DNA from: Octopus bimaculoides
Taxonomy: Eukaryota
DNA length: 64,000 nucleotides
Assembly: GCF_001194135.2 (NCBI RefSeq)
Contig: NC_068982.1
Coordinates: forward strand, 168,767,307 to 168,831,306
Direction: 5' to 3'
The translations under genes were made by a program, and so were the position numbers. Below the pieces are notes generated by a model, which saw nothing but the letters and a program-made list of their open reading frames with translations, did not search any database and was not told the DNA's origin. Below are positions 12,337 to 26,549 of this stretch, in pieces (the first letter of the stretch is position 1; each line of letters begins with the position of its first letter).

Positions 12337-12384
12337 TGGAGTTTAATCTTAATCTCTTCGAGGAGGCTACTGAAACACCTAACA
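12337..12384 (+). CDS. Candidate 48-nt phase-1/1 exon (EFNLNLFEEATETPN), unknown gene
   Basis: Acceptor gtttttctgctaaag|, consensus donor |gtgagt, symmetric phase, protein-like composition. No homology recognised. Confidence 0.22.
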
Positions 12385-13859
12385 GTGAGTGTCCATGTTT
12401 GAAAAACACAGATGGTTTACTCAAGAATGTGGTGAACAGCCAGTAGGTGGATCCGGGCTTGTGTCATGTGAATGTTACCGCGTTTTACTCCGAGAGCAAA
12501 ATACATTTCTTTCAATGGTGGCATCCACCTAGTTTCAAGGTGCTATTATAGATAGTATATTTCGCCACTGTAAGCAGCGACAGCACTGTAGGATCCATGA
12601 GTACTTCAGCACTTCATTAGTTTATTACGCAGTGTTCAATTATTCATGTTTGGAAATCTACCTGCGATGGACTAGTGTCCTGTCATTAACACTACGAAAA
12701 TCAGAAATAAAGAACAGTCTTTCGGTAGGTTATTGCGATTCTAGAAAAAACTTCGTTGAAGTACTAAATGCACATGTGTCAAACCAGTCAACTACACACC
12801 TCTACAACAAATACAAATTGACAAAATTTTAACCCCGTACCTTGTCAAACGGAATCAATAAATCGGCATATTATTCACCGAGTGGAAAAGCAAATAGCAG
12901 CTTCCAACATATATCTTGTCGTTGCTTTTATGAAGTATCTTTTAATATGTGAAACGACCCTTTAGCAAGCACTAACGTATAGTTTTCTACTTTGAGATAA
13001 CAGACGGTTTAATTATGCTTTCAAGCAGTCTTATCGATTCTTCATTATTTAAGTTTTGGCAATGTGAATTCAATGATATACACCGATACACATGTTATTT
13101 TTATTTCAACTTTTTCTTTAGAGCGAATATATTCAATAAATTTAATAGTTCAATACATTATTCTAATGTGTCACGACTGTCTGACAAGACTTTAATAACG
13201 TATAAAGAACTTGACTACAATAATTATCTCAACTGAAGTTAGTACTGTTGAACAGAATCACCTCAGTTCTTTATTTATTGAAAGAGTAAAAAGAGTGTCA
13301 AGTGAAGTTTTAAACATTTCTCAGAAATAATTCTCGACTTCTTTTTATTATTACTACCAATCTGTAATAATTTGTGTTAAGAAAAACATGAAATCGTACT
13401 AAAAGCTTATTTTCCTTATAAAAATGTGATTGATAATTCATCAGTTAAAGTTATATATTAGTATTCTTACATAATGCATCCTAAATGCAGTAACATTTTT
13501 CCTTGTTTCTCTGTCTACTCTTGTTATTTATGTAGCGTCTAGTTGAGAAGAATATAAGTTATTGACGAGAAAGCTAGAGTATTGATGATGCCTTGCGTTA
13601 TATATTTTTTCTTTTTGCTTTTAACTCTGCTTTATTTTATTAATCTAATACATCTATATTTCTTCCTAACTTTTTGTTTCGTTTGCATATCTTCCACTAT
13701 GTTACTATGCCTATTTCATTGATTTCTAACTATTTGTAAGTTTTCATTTCGTTTAATTCTATCTCTTTTTCTTTACTTAACGTGATATCCATGGTCTTTA
13801 TTTAATTTTCCATCTGTTTGAAGTTGCCTTGAAACAATTTGTAATCTAAAACTAATTCA

Positions 13860-13990
13860 CTTTGGTCAATTCTTGTATTGTCTGCAGTTGTGTATCGAAT
13901 AGTTTACCATCTGTAATAGGTATGCCTTTGAGATCGTCCATATACAAAAGATGGTTTTGTATGATTTGTATCCAAATTCCGTCTGATTCA
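13860..13990 (-). mobile_element. Short R4/Dong-like RT fragment
   Basis: The minus-strand ORF contains NHLLYMDDLK, the same motif context as 50370-50840. Confidence 0.45.
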
Positions 13991-14049
13991 ACATGTTGCT
14001 TAACAGTGTAAACGGGTATAAGGAGATAGATAGAACAAGTTATTCCATG

Positions 14050-14116
<67 letters not shown>
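14050..14116. repeat. (GATA)n microsatellite; others at ~28446-28520, 29940-30012 and 37510-37573
   Basis: Direct reading. Confidence 0.95.
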
Positions 14117-14118
<2 letters not shown>

Positions 14119-14362
14119 GATATACATATTATCAATGTAATTACTTACTTGAAGTTTCGCCGAAAGTAACTTCTGTGAGTGTGTGTGTGTGTGTGAGTGT
14201 GTGTNNNNNNNNNNNNNNNNNNNNNNNNNNNNNNNNNNNNNNNNNNNNNNNNNNNNNNNNNNNNNNNNNNNNNNNNNNNNNNNNNNNNNNNNNNNNNNNN
14301 NNNNNNNNNNNNNNNNNNNNNNNNNNNNNNNNNNNNNNNNNNNNNNNNNNNNNNNNNNNNNN

Positions 14363-14425
<63 letters not shown>

Positions 14426-15367
14426 AACGTTTCTGTATTTGGATCTTCTTGGGTGGATATCTATTTTCATTGTAGTCGCCTCTAATGAAATCTTGTGTTC
14501 ATTGATGTCTATAATCATGTCTCAATTATTTTAACTGTTGGTAAAATACTTTGATTTCAACATTTTTTTAGCATCTATTTAATTTTGATGTCCGTTGGTA
14601 CCAGAATTGAGAGCGCTACTTGATTTGAATTAAACGTACGTTATGATAAGCAACTGAAAGAATCTTCTTGTGCTGGTAGTATGGTTTTTCATTAATTCAA
14701 TTTACTTAATTTATCTTCTTCTGTCTAATGCATCTGGTGAGGATGTCTGTATGCTATCTAGCGCAGCACACTTTATCTTATTCATTTAATTTTATTCATT
14801 TAACCGACAAAAATATACTAAATGTCATCCAATCTTATAACATATTTGAATGATATTGTCATTCAGTTAAACCATTCTATTGGATAGGACACCAGTATAT
14901 TGCATATTTACGCAAAGATAATTCATGTTTCGTATGGCAAGCGAATGACATACCGCCAGTCCGATGGTGCTGACTTTCTGAGTTTTTTTTATGAAATGGT
15001 TTTTCCTATGGTGCTTATTAACATGAATATTGTCAGAGCTGGGAGGATGACGTGTGATAATGTAGTCTTGGCTGCAATAAGATGTGCGAAAGCCGTGTAA
15101 ACAAAACCTGTTTTGATTCTGGTTTGAAACCATTTTCTTTCAGGTAAATTGAGCCTTTGAAATTCTTCACAAAATTATCCTGTTTACATTCTCTTGAAAG
15201 TTCAAAGCACGGAGAAACTCTGAAATATATCATAAAACTCTAAACATATCATAAACCACAAGGTTTCAGAAAGTATAACCTTGTTCATATATAGCATTAT
15301 TTTTGCTGGTGATGCGTTTCATTGCCATTTACACCTCTTTCGTGACTGCACAGTATATACTACAATG

Positions 15368-15415
<48 letters not shown>

Positions 15416-16154
15416 NNNNNNNNNNNNNNNNNNNNNNNNNNNNNNNNNNNNNNNNNNNNNNNNNNNNNNNNNNNNNNNNNNNNNNNNNNNNNNNNNNNNN
15501 NNNNNNNNNNNNNNNNNNNNNNNNNNNNNNNNNNNNNNNNNNNNNNNNNNNNNNNNNNNNNNNNNNNNNNNNNNNNNNNNNNNNNNNNNNNNNNNNNNNN
15601 NNNNNNNNNNNNNNNNNNNNNNNNNNNNNNNNNNNNNNNNNNNNNNNNNNNNNNNNNNNNNNNNNNNNNNNNNNNNNNNNNNNNNNNNNNNNNNNNNNNN
15701 NNNNNNNNNNNNNNNNNNNNNNNNNNNNNNNNNNNNNNNNNNNNNNNNNNNNNNNNNNNNNNNNNNNNNNNNNNNNNNNNNNNNNNNNNNNNNNNNNNNN
15801 NNNNNNNNNNNNNNNNNNNNNNNNNNNNNNNNNNNNNNNNNNNNNNNNNNNNNNNNNNNNNNNNNNNNNNNNNNNNNNNNNNNNNNNNNNNNNNNNNNNN
15901 NNNNNNNNNNNNNNNNNNNNNNNNNNNNNNNNNNNNNNNNNNNNNNNNNNNNNNNNNNNNNNNNNNNNNNNNNNNNNNNNNNNNNNNNNNNNNNNNNNNN
16001 NNNNNNNNNNNNNNNNNNNNNNNNNNNNNNNNNNNNNNNNNNNNNNNNNNNNNNNNNNNNNNNNNNNNNNNNNNNNNNNNNNNNNNNNNNNNNNNNNNNN
16101 NNNNNNTATATATATATATATATATATATATGTATACATATATATATATATATC

Positions 16155-16295
16155 CAGACGGGCTTCTTTCAGTTTCCGTCAACCAAATCTACTCACGAGA
16201 CTATAGTAGAATACACTCGCCCAATGTGCCACGCAGTAGGACTGAACTCGGAACCATGTGGTTGGGAAGAAAGTTTTTTTAGCACACTGCTACAC
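16155..16295 (-). mobile_element. tRNA-derived SINE fragment
   Basis: Minus strand has a B-box-like ggttccgagttcagtcc and a central-domain-like segment (plus strand tagaatacactcgcccaatgtgccacgcagt). Confidence 0.6.
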
Positions 16296-18132
16296 ATATA
16301 AATGCGCGTGTGCGCGTGTGTGTGTGTGTGCATGCGGGTGTAAGCGTGTAAGTCTCTATCGTAATTATCAACTGCTGTCCAGTACACTTTGGCAATATCC
16401 GTTCTGATATATGTTAAGCTTTTTAATCTGTTTTCCTTTTATCCAATTCTTTCTATTTATACAAGGGTACGTATCTTACGATAAAACGGTTCTAGTGGCA
16501 ACTAAGCTGGCAATACAGAACTAGTATTATATATAAAAATACTCGCAGTTTTTGTCTACCTCCTAATTTCTCTTGCTTATCAAGCTCTCCTTAGTCGTAC
16601 ACATGCATATACCTAGAAGTACACTACATAAATGATTGTTGTTTTGTTTTGTTTTTCTAGTGATACGAGCAAAAAATAATTACTCTTTTGCAAAAGCTCT
16701 GAGGAAAATTTGAATATCAAACAATAGCGAGAGCTGAAAATCTAATTTTTTTTTTTTTTTAGATAAGCGAGCATATGTAACTGAAATTAATCATTAGTTT
16801 CCACCACAGAGTCATGTTTTCTGCTGGACATGATATTAATCTACTTCAGATTAATATTTTATTTTATTTTTTATTTCTCATTATTTATTGCATTGTTAAT
16901 GACACAGCAGAAATCTCAGCGAGCTAAGTAAATAATTGGATCCTTCTATCATGCAAAAGTCAACAGTTTGTATTAACTGTGATTAATTAACGTGGAGTAC
17001 TGCCGCTGCCATCATTGTGAGGAGCTAAAGAACAGCACAATTTTTTTTTCTTGGTAGCTTGTGCGGAATATAGCTTGAAAAGAATATGAATATGAATAAA
17101 TATATTCATAAGAGTGTTTACAATGGCAACCTCATAATCCAGTTTGTTGTTGTACATACCTATATGTTTAATAGTGTGTATTTCATTGCTCCTTTTTGAT
17201 AAAAAGAAACAACGGCACCATTTCACCGTGAATGTATTTTTGAAAACTGTAATGTTACAACATTTCGTATCAGTTCCTTTGAGTTTCGTCAAAAACAAAG
17301 AATTATGATATTTGATTATGTTTAATGGAACGTTGTTTCATTTGCTTCGGCATAAATGAGTGCTTAATATTTCAAAGTGCAATAGTTAACGAAACTTTTC
17401 ACCGTTTGTACCACGTCCAAGAGCATCAGAGGCTTAATTGAAGTTTCAAGCTTTATTATAATTTCATTCAGATCTAGGATATTTTATAGAAATAATAAAG
17501 TGAGCATAGAACTTTAAAATTATTTTATGTAATTTTATGGATCCCATGAGGACAGGCAAAGCTGGCCTCCAGAATTTGAACTGACAACGAACGTAAAAAG
17601 TCAAACTAAGTTCCACAGACATTTTGTTCAACCCTCTAAACATTATACCAACACAAATACATAAGATTTTTGTTAAAAGGTCAGCTATCTTTCTGACCAT
17701 CATTTCAATATTTCTAATAATAATGAATATTCAATAGCTTCAAATACCATTATATATTGATGAAAGCCGATATAGGTATCCTTAAAACTAATTTTCTATT
17801 TTCGCTACGACATATATATGAAATGTATTTCAATATTTATTCAAAGTGTGGTTTCACTATTCAATGCACAAAATTTGTTTTGAACGAAAGTTTTGATATC
17901 TTAATTTGTAAATTTTAGAAAATTTCACCTTTATACTGTTTTTTAAATTTTCAATTACATTTTAGTTTCTCAACTAATATTTCCAAGATACTCTGTTTCG
18001 TTAAACGGTACAAGATAACAATAAACTGTTATATGAAAAGAACCACAATTTAATTCAATCAATAAGTTTTACTAAAAATGTTTTCTTACACATCATTTCA
18101 AAACAAGGTCATACATACATATATATACTCAC

Positions 18133-18181
<49 letters not shown>

Positions 18182-18191
18182 NNNNNNNNNN

Positions 18192-18225
<34 letters not shown>

Positions 18226-18859
18226 GTGTGTTTGTGTGTGTCCATTATCTCCCAAATCAATATAGTCGCGCATAGAATCGCCAAAAGATCAGGCATCATA
18301 AAGAATTATTAGATATCTATCAATATCCTGTAACGAAATGATGTAAATAAACTTGAATAAAGTCAACACAGCTTATTCAACATTGTGTTTATAATTTGTG
18401 TGCATACATCTTACAATAAAACCTGTTATACAAAGAAACATCCTAACAAAGTTTCGTTGGTCTGCACAACTAAAATTCCTATCCGCTGTCCACAAGGTAA
18501 TATATAAGCTCTTCAGACGAACTCACTATGAGTTCCTTACTCGAGCCTTCATTTGCAGAATCCTATAGGATTGACGAGGAAAACTAAGTCGTACCCAAAC
18601 GTTAACCACACTGCCTACTCACTGATGACATATTGTGACAGATACGGACGATCAAGCAGGTAGATTTAAAGAAAACTTTAAAAATATCTCAATCCAGAAT
18701 TTTTCTCAGAAATCTGTGGTAACGTATTTATAGCTTACGAAGATACTGTCTTAGCTCTATCATGTTTTAGGAAAAGGTTCAAAATTATAACAAACAATAT
18801 TCCCAAATCTGGAATATTTCTATTAAGGAATTATTGACACCATTGTAAAATAATAATTT

Positions 18860-18932
18860 TATTATTTATTTATGCGCCCTTTTTAAAGCCTAGCCAGGCT
18901 CATGGGCCCGGTTTCCCGGTTTCTATGGCGTA
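18860..18932 (-). mobile_element. SINE-like 3' end with (TAAA)n tail
   Basis: GC-rich island gcctagccaggctcatgggcccggtttcccgg next to ttatttatttat in AT-rich DNA. Confidence 0.4.
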
Positions 18933-19420
18933 TTTAATGAGGAAAACATTAAAAATTTAAAATGTATTCAGATTTACCGAAATAAAAACCAATATTCCCC
19001 ATCGAAGGGGACTTTATATGGTCGTTTGACATGTTAAAAATACTAGGCAGATCTCCCTCAAATCCAGCTATTTCAGGAATAATAGATATGTTAGATGTTG
19101 TATGCTGGGATGTTTATAGCGAGAAGTATATTTGTTCATAATACTGCGCAATTGAGGCTACACTGGTTAGAAAATAATACTAACTATATAATATTAGTAA
19201 ATGACAAAAATGCTTTCCAGCAGCATGAATTAGAGACAAGGCAAGACACGTTTTTTTGTTTGTTTGTTTGTTTGCTTTTTACTGCCAATGGATACTAATC
19301 AATGAAAACGCAATTTCGCTGTAAGTTTCTGAACTCCTAGCAAGTGAACTGCGGTATAAATAGACTAGACGTTGTGTTTTACGGATTTAAGGATTTAAGG
19401 AAGGCATTCATGCTGTACTG

Positions 19421-19487
<67 letters not shown>

Positions 19488-19858
19488 ACTCTCTCTCCAG
19501 ATATACTTTCAAACTCAATTGTAGACATGCTAGCATTGAGAAAGAGAAATAATGTAAGGTAATATTTGTCTAAGATGTTATCTATGTCATAATTAGACAT
19601 TAGGGCATATTTCAATAAGTTGGAAGCCCCAATTCCAGAATGTATTAGAATACACGACAAAGTAAAACACAATGAGAATCAATGACAAATTTTGTTTATA
19701 TTTCATCGGAAATTTATAATTATATTTGGCAGTTTGTAGCTGTTTCTTAGTTGTAGGTTTTTAAAATAGATTTGAAATGGTTATTCTGAAACAAATCTAA
19801 GACTTTACATGATCAGAGAAACACCATACAATGTATATGATAACCTGATTTGATTTCA

Positions 19859-19896
19859 GCTGAAGAAGTACATGTTCACAACGCAGAAAACTCCTA
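19859..19896 (+). CDS. Candidate terminal exon (EEVHVHNAENS*), unknown gene
   Basis: Acceptor gatttgatttcag|; phase-1 reading ends in TAA. Weak support only. Confidence 0.12.
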
Positions 19897-22800
19897 AATT
19901 GTCAGAAATCGCATTAGCTGCTTGCATTATAAACGCTGACAAACACAAATCCACTTTACTATGTTATAAGCGATCGAAAATTTACCAAGCGACATTTTGT
20001 ATTCTTGTAATGCAATTCTTACTTGGCTATGAGAAGTCTGACTCGAAACTAGTTATATCTAATTAAGTCTGCGTATATAATACCTATCCCAGCACGAAAG
20101 ACGACACTCGTGGCACTTATCTACATCCACACACACACAGGCTCATGTTACATATACACACTTGCACGCATTCACAAATACACAGTTACGTACACAATAA
20201 GCATACGTATCCAAAGAAAGATACAAATGGTTATAAAGAGATTGAATATCTAAATCGCACATGCTTCAATAACACAAGCTTTCCCCTATATGTATGTTTA
20301 CGTGTATGTGTATATACATTAGTAAATAAATGCATATGTAAGTATATATACATATGTGTGTCTGAATGCATATATGTGTGTATATGTGTATAAACAGAAA
20401 CAAAATTTAGAATGTTAGATATTGTTGTATGCTCACAGTGAACCAACTGCAAATACGACACAGCGTATCACAAACATATAAAAGTGAAAATTAGACATAT
20501 AAATGAAGATATTCAAATATATAGATGGGCGTATATGGTTAAGTAGATACAGATAAACCTAAACGATTCATTCAAAAAAGCTTAGATACACACATTCACA
20601 CACGCTCACACGTGCGCGCGCATACGCACAAAGGCACATTATTCATATTTGTACACAATGTTTGTCGACATATTCATTTTCTATTTCCCTATCTCTCTCT
20701 TTATCTCTCCATACATGCATGTATACGTACATACAGATACATGTACATAATATTAAGATATATTTATATAGACGTGCTACTAGGTACACACACATATTGC
20801 TAGACAAATGCATATAAAATATACAGACATGCACAAATGTATCCTGTCACACGTTTGTGCATGCTACATTATACACACGGGCTTAAATTAGCACACATAC
20901 ATGTATGTATGTATGTATGTATGTATGTATGTATACACAGATAATCACACAAAAGCGCTCGTACACGCACACGTAGACATAGTGAAATTGCCCGATCACA
21001 GACCTTATATCGTCCGTCGATTGCCTATGTTTTTCACTCAGACATAACACTAATAGCAATGATTTCTTAATATACACAATAACTGTATACATTTAATTCT
21101 TCATTTGTATAAAGTGTTCTATACTTAGTAATGTAAGTTCATATATATATAATTTCGTGTTTTGCTTAAAAGCAATGCAGGATGATTTTACGGCTCAAGC
21201 CAAATACTGCAAACTACCCCTAATCCTTGTTAGAGTATTCATGCAAATGGAGTCGGGACAGGCTAGTTTGTGCTTGCATCAAGTGATATAATTTGTAATA
21301 ATGAAATCAAACCAGATAATAATATTTTGAAATATGCTGTTCGTGTTTACTTTGCGCATGAATAAAATAGAACCTGAGGGTTAAATACTCACCCTGGCCT
21401 TTAACGACGCCCTTGTAACCCATATATATTATTTATGTCGCTGTGTCCACTGAGATGCCTAGATTAGCGATATTATTTTCATGATTGCCCCAGAATTGGT
21501 TTCAGGACACTTGGGTTTATTACAGGACTTGAGGCTCCTGTTAAAAGGTTTAACGTGCCGACTGGCTGCAATATTACTCCCCATGCAACTGTAGCCATGT
21601 AGATGAATAGATTGGAGTATATGTATCACGTGATGAAAAGCTTTTAGAACAGATTTAATGAACTTCTTGGCAATGGTTTCATGTTGAGGTTCTGTGAAGG
21701 ACTGAACAAGTCACCATAGCAGTTATTTTACGTCTCAGCTAGACATGGTTCAGGTTTCTGAATAAACTTAATTTTCTCTTAATCCATTATTTTTCTTGCA
21801 GCGTGTTGCAGTTGATTTCATCTTTCTCGAACTATCTTTTAGTTGAGATGCTGAATATTCTGCTACCAATATCGCTAACATTGTTCAAAAAATAGTCGAA
21901 CATTGATTTAAATTTTTGTGACTGTAAATGAGATTTTCGTTTTGTTTCATGCATCCCTTGTATTTGTGTATGCAAAGATTTAATACTGTTGTCACTAATA
22001 ATATAACTGTCGTTATGACATTCATATCAAGCCTTTAAAGGTCTTTATTTTATGTGTGCTATGTGCGTTTCAGCTTTTAGAAATAGCTAAGCCATTATAT
22101 CTGTTCAAGGCTATGTCCATAGTATTATATATAAATATTTCAGTTTACGTAGGTTGAATAAGCCAACAACATTTCTGTACAGTTAAAGCAGCCTACTGTG
22201 ACATCAAAGCAACCGTTAGTGACTTTGATTCATGCACATTTCTCAAAGAACAAAGTTTGTTTTCAAACGTAATTTCCCCGGGGGGGGGGGGTTGTGTGTG
22301 AAAATACTTGGCGTTCAGTATTGAATCTTTGTCGCATGTTGAGGCAATGTTTCATGAGTGTCCATGAGTATTTCGACATATATATAAGGCCATATGGAAC
22401 CATCAAGTCAAATATGATTTCTTGTGACCCTGTAGAATGTTCATGTCAATAAGGCTTTCAAAACATGTTACTGCGGTGGCTTGTCACTAGCTTCACTTTT
22501 CACTTCAAACTGTTTGTTGAATTGGAGAATTTTGAGTGTCAAATAACCAGTGACACAAGCTTTTACCAGAAACAAGATACCAACCACATGTTTCTCAGCA
22601 ATATTTCGGTAATGCTAACCCTTAAGATGATCTTCGGTCTCAGTGCAGGGGGCAACCATTCGTATGTAGTTTCCGTCTCTCATATTACGCTCAGAAAGAT
22701 ATATAGAGATGTAAAGTATTCTTATGTGTAAGCGCTTTTAATAAACACACTCCGTCTCACTGCTTCGAGTAAATTTTCTGTGATACATAGTGGAAGATTT

Positions 22801-22999
22801 ATTACATTGACGCAAAGTCATTAAATTATATACAGACTTACATGAATTACTTTACTAATTAGAATATGAACAATGTTTACTCTAAACAATATTTTATTTT
22901 ACAACGTTACAAGAACGAAACAAAGCGGTATATGTCTGAAAATGATAAGCTTCATCTATAACACTGACTTTTTGTAAAGTATTAACCATTATTGACTCT

Positions 23000-23600
23000 A
23001 AGATTGGAAGAAAGAAGGATAGAAAGAATTTTAATTGTCATCTTAAAGAGGAACGTAATGAAAAACTAAAGGAATAAGTACTAGAAATTAGGGGTGGAAG
23101 ATAACTTCAGAGAATAAGGGAAGGGAAGGGACACATTCTAACTTAGCATATTTATAATGTTAAAGCAAAATATAATTAAATATATAGATAAAGGCTAGAA
23201 GTTACATATAAATTTTTTATAAGTGGATACTTTAAGATATAAGAGAAATATTAGACATTTCATAAATGTAGTGTATAGAATATCCTGCTAAAATATTATA
23301 CGATGAATGTATAACAGAATTATAATATAAATAGATACTCATAGTATACATTATACTGATATTAAAACCATTCCCGTCTAGAATGGGTGGGTAAAGATAG
23401 GATATAATAAGAAATGAGATCTAATGCATAGGGTGAGTAAATTAGAGATATAAATATATAAAGGAATTCATTTAGATACAATATTTAAACAAATTTAGTC
23501 CTATAATTACGTAATGAATATAAATGTATAATTTAAAAAAATTAAAAATCATAATATAAGATTACAGTATACAGTGAGTTTTATGAAAAAAGTATAAACT
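23000..23600 (+). mobile_element. Possible ancient, AT-drifted L1/Tx1-like endonuclease relic
   Basis: Strongly purine-biased sense strand, with faint similarity of ctagaatgggtgggtaaagataggatataataag to an APE W..LDRI motif; many stops. Confidence 0.18.
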
Positions 23601-23992
23601 GTCAGAAATTTATAAGCTATAAACGGTTTCTTTGCAATAATGTAATGTTTTCATTAATCAATTAAAGGAGTCGCTTGAAACGGCCGTAATGAATTGACAC
23701 CAGTACCTCTTAGTTACTCATTTATATTTTATTCACCTACCCTGGAGTCTGCACTTCGGAAATTTTATACAAAGTACTTTTATATACAGTACATGTCTGA
23801 ACAGCCAAAGAGCGGATCTCTTCACTGAGTTGCGTTGTGTTATCTACATACACTGCAAGAATACCAAGTGCAAACACTTATGCACAGAGTTTGATATTCA
23901 CCTGATATTGTTTGGGTATACAAATTAGATCGACCTAACAACGTGCCTCAATTTAAGTACCCAATTCAACTGAATATTAATTATATTATATA

Positions 23993-24905
23993 TTGGCTCA
24001 TCCCATAAATAATGCGGCTTTTTTATACTTGTTTTATTTTTAAATTTAAAATAAACAAAGTTCTTTTTAATCTCCAATACATTATCCTTCACTTTCTACC
24101 ATGCTCTTCCATCTATCTGGTAACTTGCAAGGCCTCTCTTCCAAAATTCACTTGTTCGTGACGAAAAATACTCCTCCAGTACTGTTCTGATCTCGTCTAG
24201 AGAATTCATATTTTTTCCGTCCAAATGATTCTGCAGAATAAATGATAATCAGATGAGGCAATGTCCGACGAATATGGTGGATGGGACATCGTTCCCCATT
24301 CAAACTTCTCCAGCCTTTGGAATGTCATCTTCGCTGTAGGTGGTCGAGCATTATCCCGATGGAAGAACACCTTTCGTCTTGAAACCAAAGATGGTTTCGG
24401 TTTTCTTCTAGCGCTGACTTGAATGAATGGTTAAATGACCAAATCCAAGCTTCTCTGCTAGATCCACAACAGTTACGATGGGGTTTTATTCCACCAGGGT
24501 TTGTAGGACTTCCTCGTCTAGCTCTACAGTTCTTCCAGAACAAGGCTCGTCTTCTAGGCTGTAGTTTCCGGCTCAGAATTTCTGGAACCACCGTTGACAC
24601 TGGCTTATGCATATTTTCCGATCTCCATTTACTGCATTAATATTCCTCGCACTTTCCGTTGCGTTATTGCCTTTATTGAACTCATAAAGCAAAATATGCC
24701 GAATATGCTCCTTTGCCACTTCCATTATAGCTTTGAAAAATACAACTTAAAATCGAACTGCAATCTTCAAAACTTGCACTAAGAATAAGACAAGTTAAAA
24801 TTACTATCTGCTTTTATAGCAAGTTGATGCAGGTAGTTTGTCCCATCCCTCACGGACTTTTAGTTATGCAATTTAAAAAACCGCATTATTTATGGGATAA
24901 CCCAG
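23993..24905 (-). mobile_element. Internally deleted mariner (DD34D) element with TIRs
   Basis: Left TIR TA|ttggctcatcccataaataatgcggcttttt and right TIR aaaaaccgcattatttatgggataaccca. Minus-strand FFHRDNARPPTAK..MSHPPYSSDIASSDYHLF is the mariner HDNARPH/YSPDLAPSDY signature; HTH remnant RWFQKF..SLEDEP. Confidence 0.9.
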
Positions 24906-24910
24906 CACAT

Positions 24911-24969
<59 letters not shown>

Positions 24970-25092
24970 TAAAAAGGTTGAATTTAGATTCGTCCTTTAA
25001 TTTGGAGATTTCCCAAAAAGATTTCTAATATTGATTCTTCATATTTTAATGATAGTTTACAGGCGTGCATATATATGCGAATATGAAAATAA

Positions 25093-25280
25093 TACTTGTA
25101 TATGATGTGTTGTGAATTTGTGGAAAGAAATCCCATAAAACTCAACAACTTTAAAATGGATGAGAGAAGTTATTAAAATATATAAGAACATTTTAATTCA
25201 TGCAGACGATTGTTTCGTACATAGAAATAAAAATAATGCAAATTCATGATTAAATTGAATTAAATTAAATTAATTAAATT
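25093..25280 (+). repeat. Dispersed AT-rich repeat; uninterrupted (empty-site) paralog of 26179-26790
   Basis: tacttgtatatgatgtgttgtgaattt..aaatcccataaaactcaaca..gagagaagtt..ttttaattcatgcagacgat..gtttcgtaca aligns with 26179-26225 joined to 26653-26790. Confidence 0.85.
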
Positions 25281-26086
25281 AATTAATTATATATCAATGT
25301 ACTCTTCAGTGCAAGAAGTATAAGCAATTTTTTTTACAAAGAACTTCAGAAAGGAAATAGCAGAATAGAATCTTGGAGATTCATATTTATCCTTATGAGA
25401 AAAAGAGATGTGAGTCCAGTTAGGTATGGTTAGCACACGTATATATATACATGCACACATACATACATACATACATACATACATGCGTAGTGAGATTGCG
25501 TGTAAGGGAATATTATTTATTTCGTAATAGTAGCATGAATGTAGCATATGCTAAGAATAAAATTAAGGATATCTACATTTGCACAACATGCTTGTGGACA
25601 CAAAAGAGATAAATGGTCAGAAAAAAATTCACTACATAATTTACCTCGTATATACAAAAGTATGTTTATATATAAGATTAATATAAAGAGTAGAAAGAAA
25701 GACAATGAAAAGAAAACGGAATACAATGAAAGAGATATATGGAACATTTTCCTCAGGCCAGCCACATAAGGTTGATTTGACAGACGAAATAGTAATATTG
25801 GTTGAATACACCAGAATATATTTATGGTGTTTACTGCATTACATGAATGCCAGAGCTATACAATTTCAGCATAAATATAATGCTTTTATATCATGTGCTC
25901 CAAAGAGCAATCGAAGCTCTGAGATAGACGTAGCGATGTTATTTAAAAGTACCACACAGCAGACAAACTTATTTCAGGTGATATTTAAGAGAAGATTTCT
26001 TTCTTTTATACGACGTATCATTAATTGAACTACAAAACCTGTTCTATCTTTTCATAAGCTAATTAGCTTATGAAATATGTTAAGTG

Positions 26087-26144
<58 letters not shown>

Positions 26145-26278
26145 AACATATATACATACATACATACATACATATATATACTTGTATATGATGTGTTGTG
26201 AATTTATGGAAATAAATCCCATAAATTATTTACATTATTTACATTTGACGGATATTCGTCCTCATCTTGTTTGTTGTT

Positions 26279-26324
26279 AACACAACGTTTCGGCTGATAT
26301 AACCTCCAGCCTTCGTCAGGTGTC
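26279..26324 (-). ncRNA. Type I minimal hammerhead ribozyme motif (family A)
   Basis: Minus strand gacac-CTGACGA-a-ggctg(gaggttatat)cagcc-GAAA-cgtt-gtgtt. Confidence 0.8.
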
Positions 26325-26386
26325 TTGGTTCCGAGTTCGATTCACGGCAGCGACCTGATTAATAATAGTAATAATAATAATAATAT

Positions 26387-26459
<73 letters not shown>

Positions 26460-26503
26460 GTAACATCGATAGGAATGAGAACCCAGGTTCGAAATTTCCC
26501 CAA

Positions 26504-26549
26504 GACACCTGACGAAGGCTGGAGGGTATATCAGCCGAAACGTTGTGTT
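26504..26549 (+). ncRNA. Type I minimal hammerhead ribozyme motif (family A)
   Basis: gacac-CTGACGA(26509-26515)-a-ggctg(gagggtatat)cagcc-GAAA(26537-26540)-cgtt-gtgtt; predicted cleavage after 26544. Confidence 0.8.

Noticed and set aside
21390-21423. Minus-strand ATG..CAGG|gtgagt mini-exon (MGYKGVVKGQ); similar case at ~33640
   Set aside because: A strong donor but no supported downstream exon chain or homology; such sites are expected by chance.
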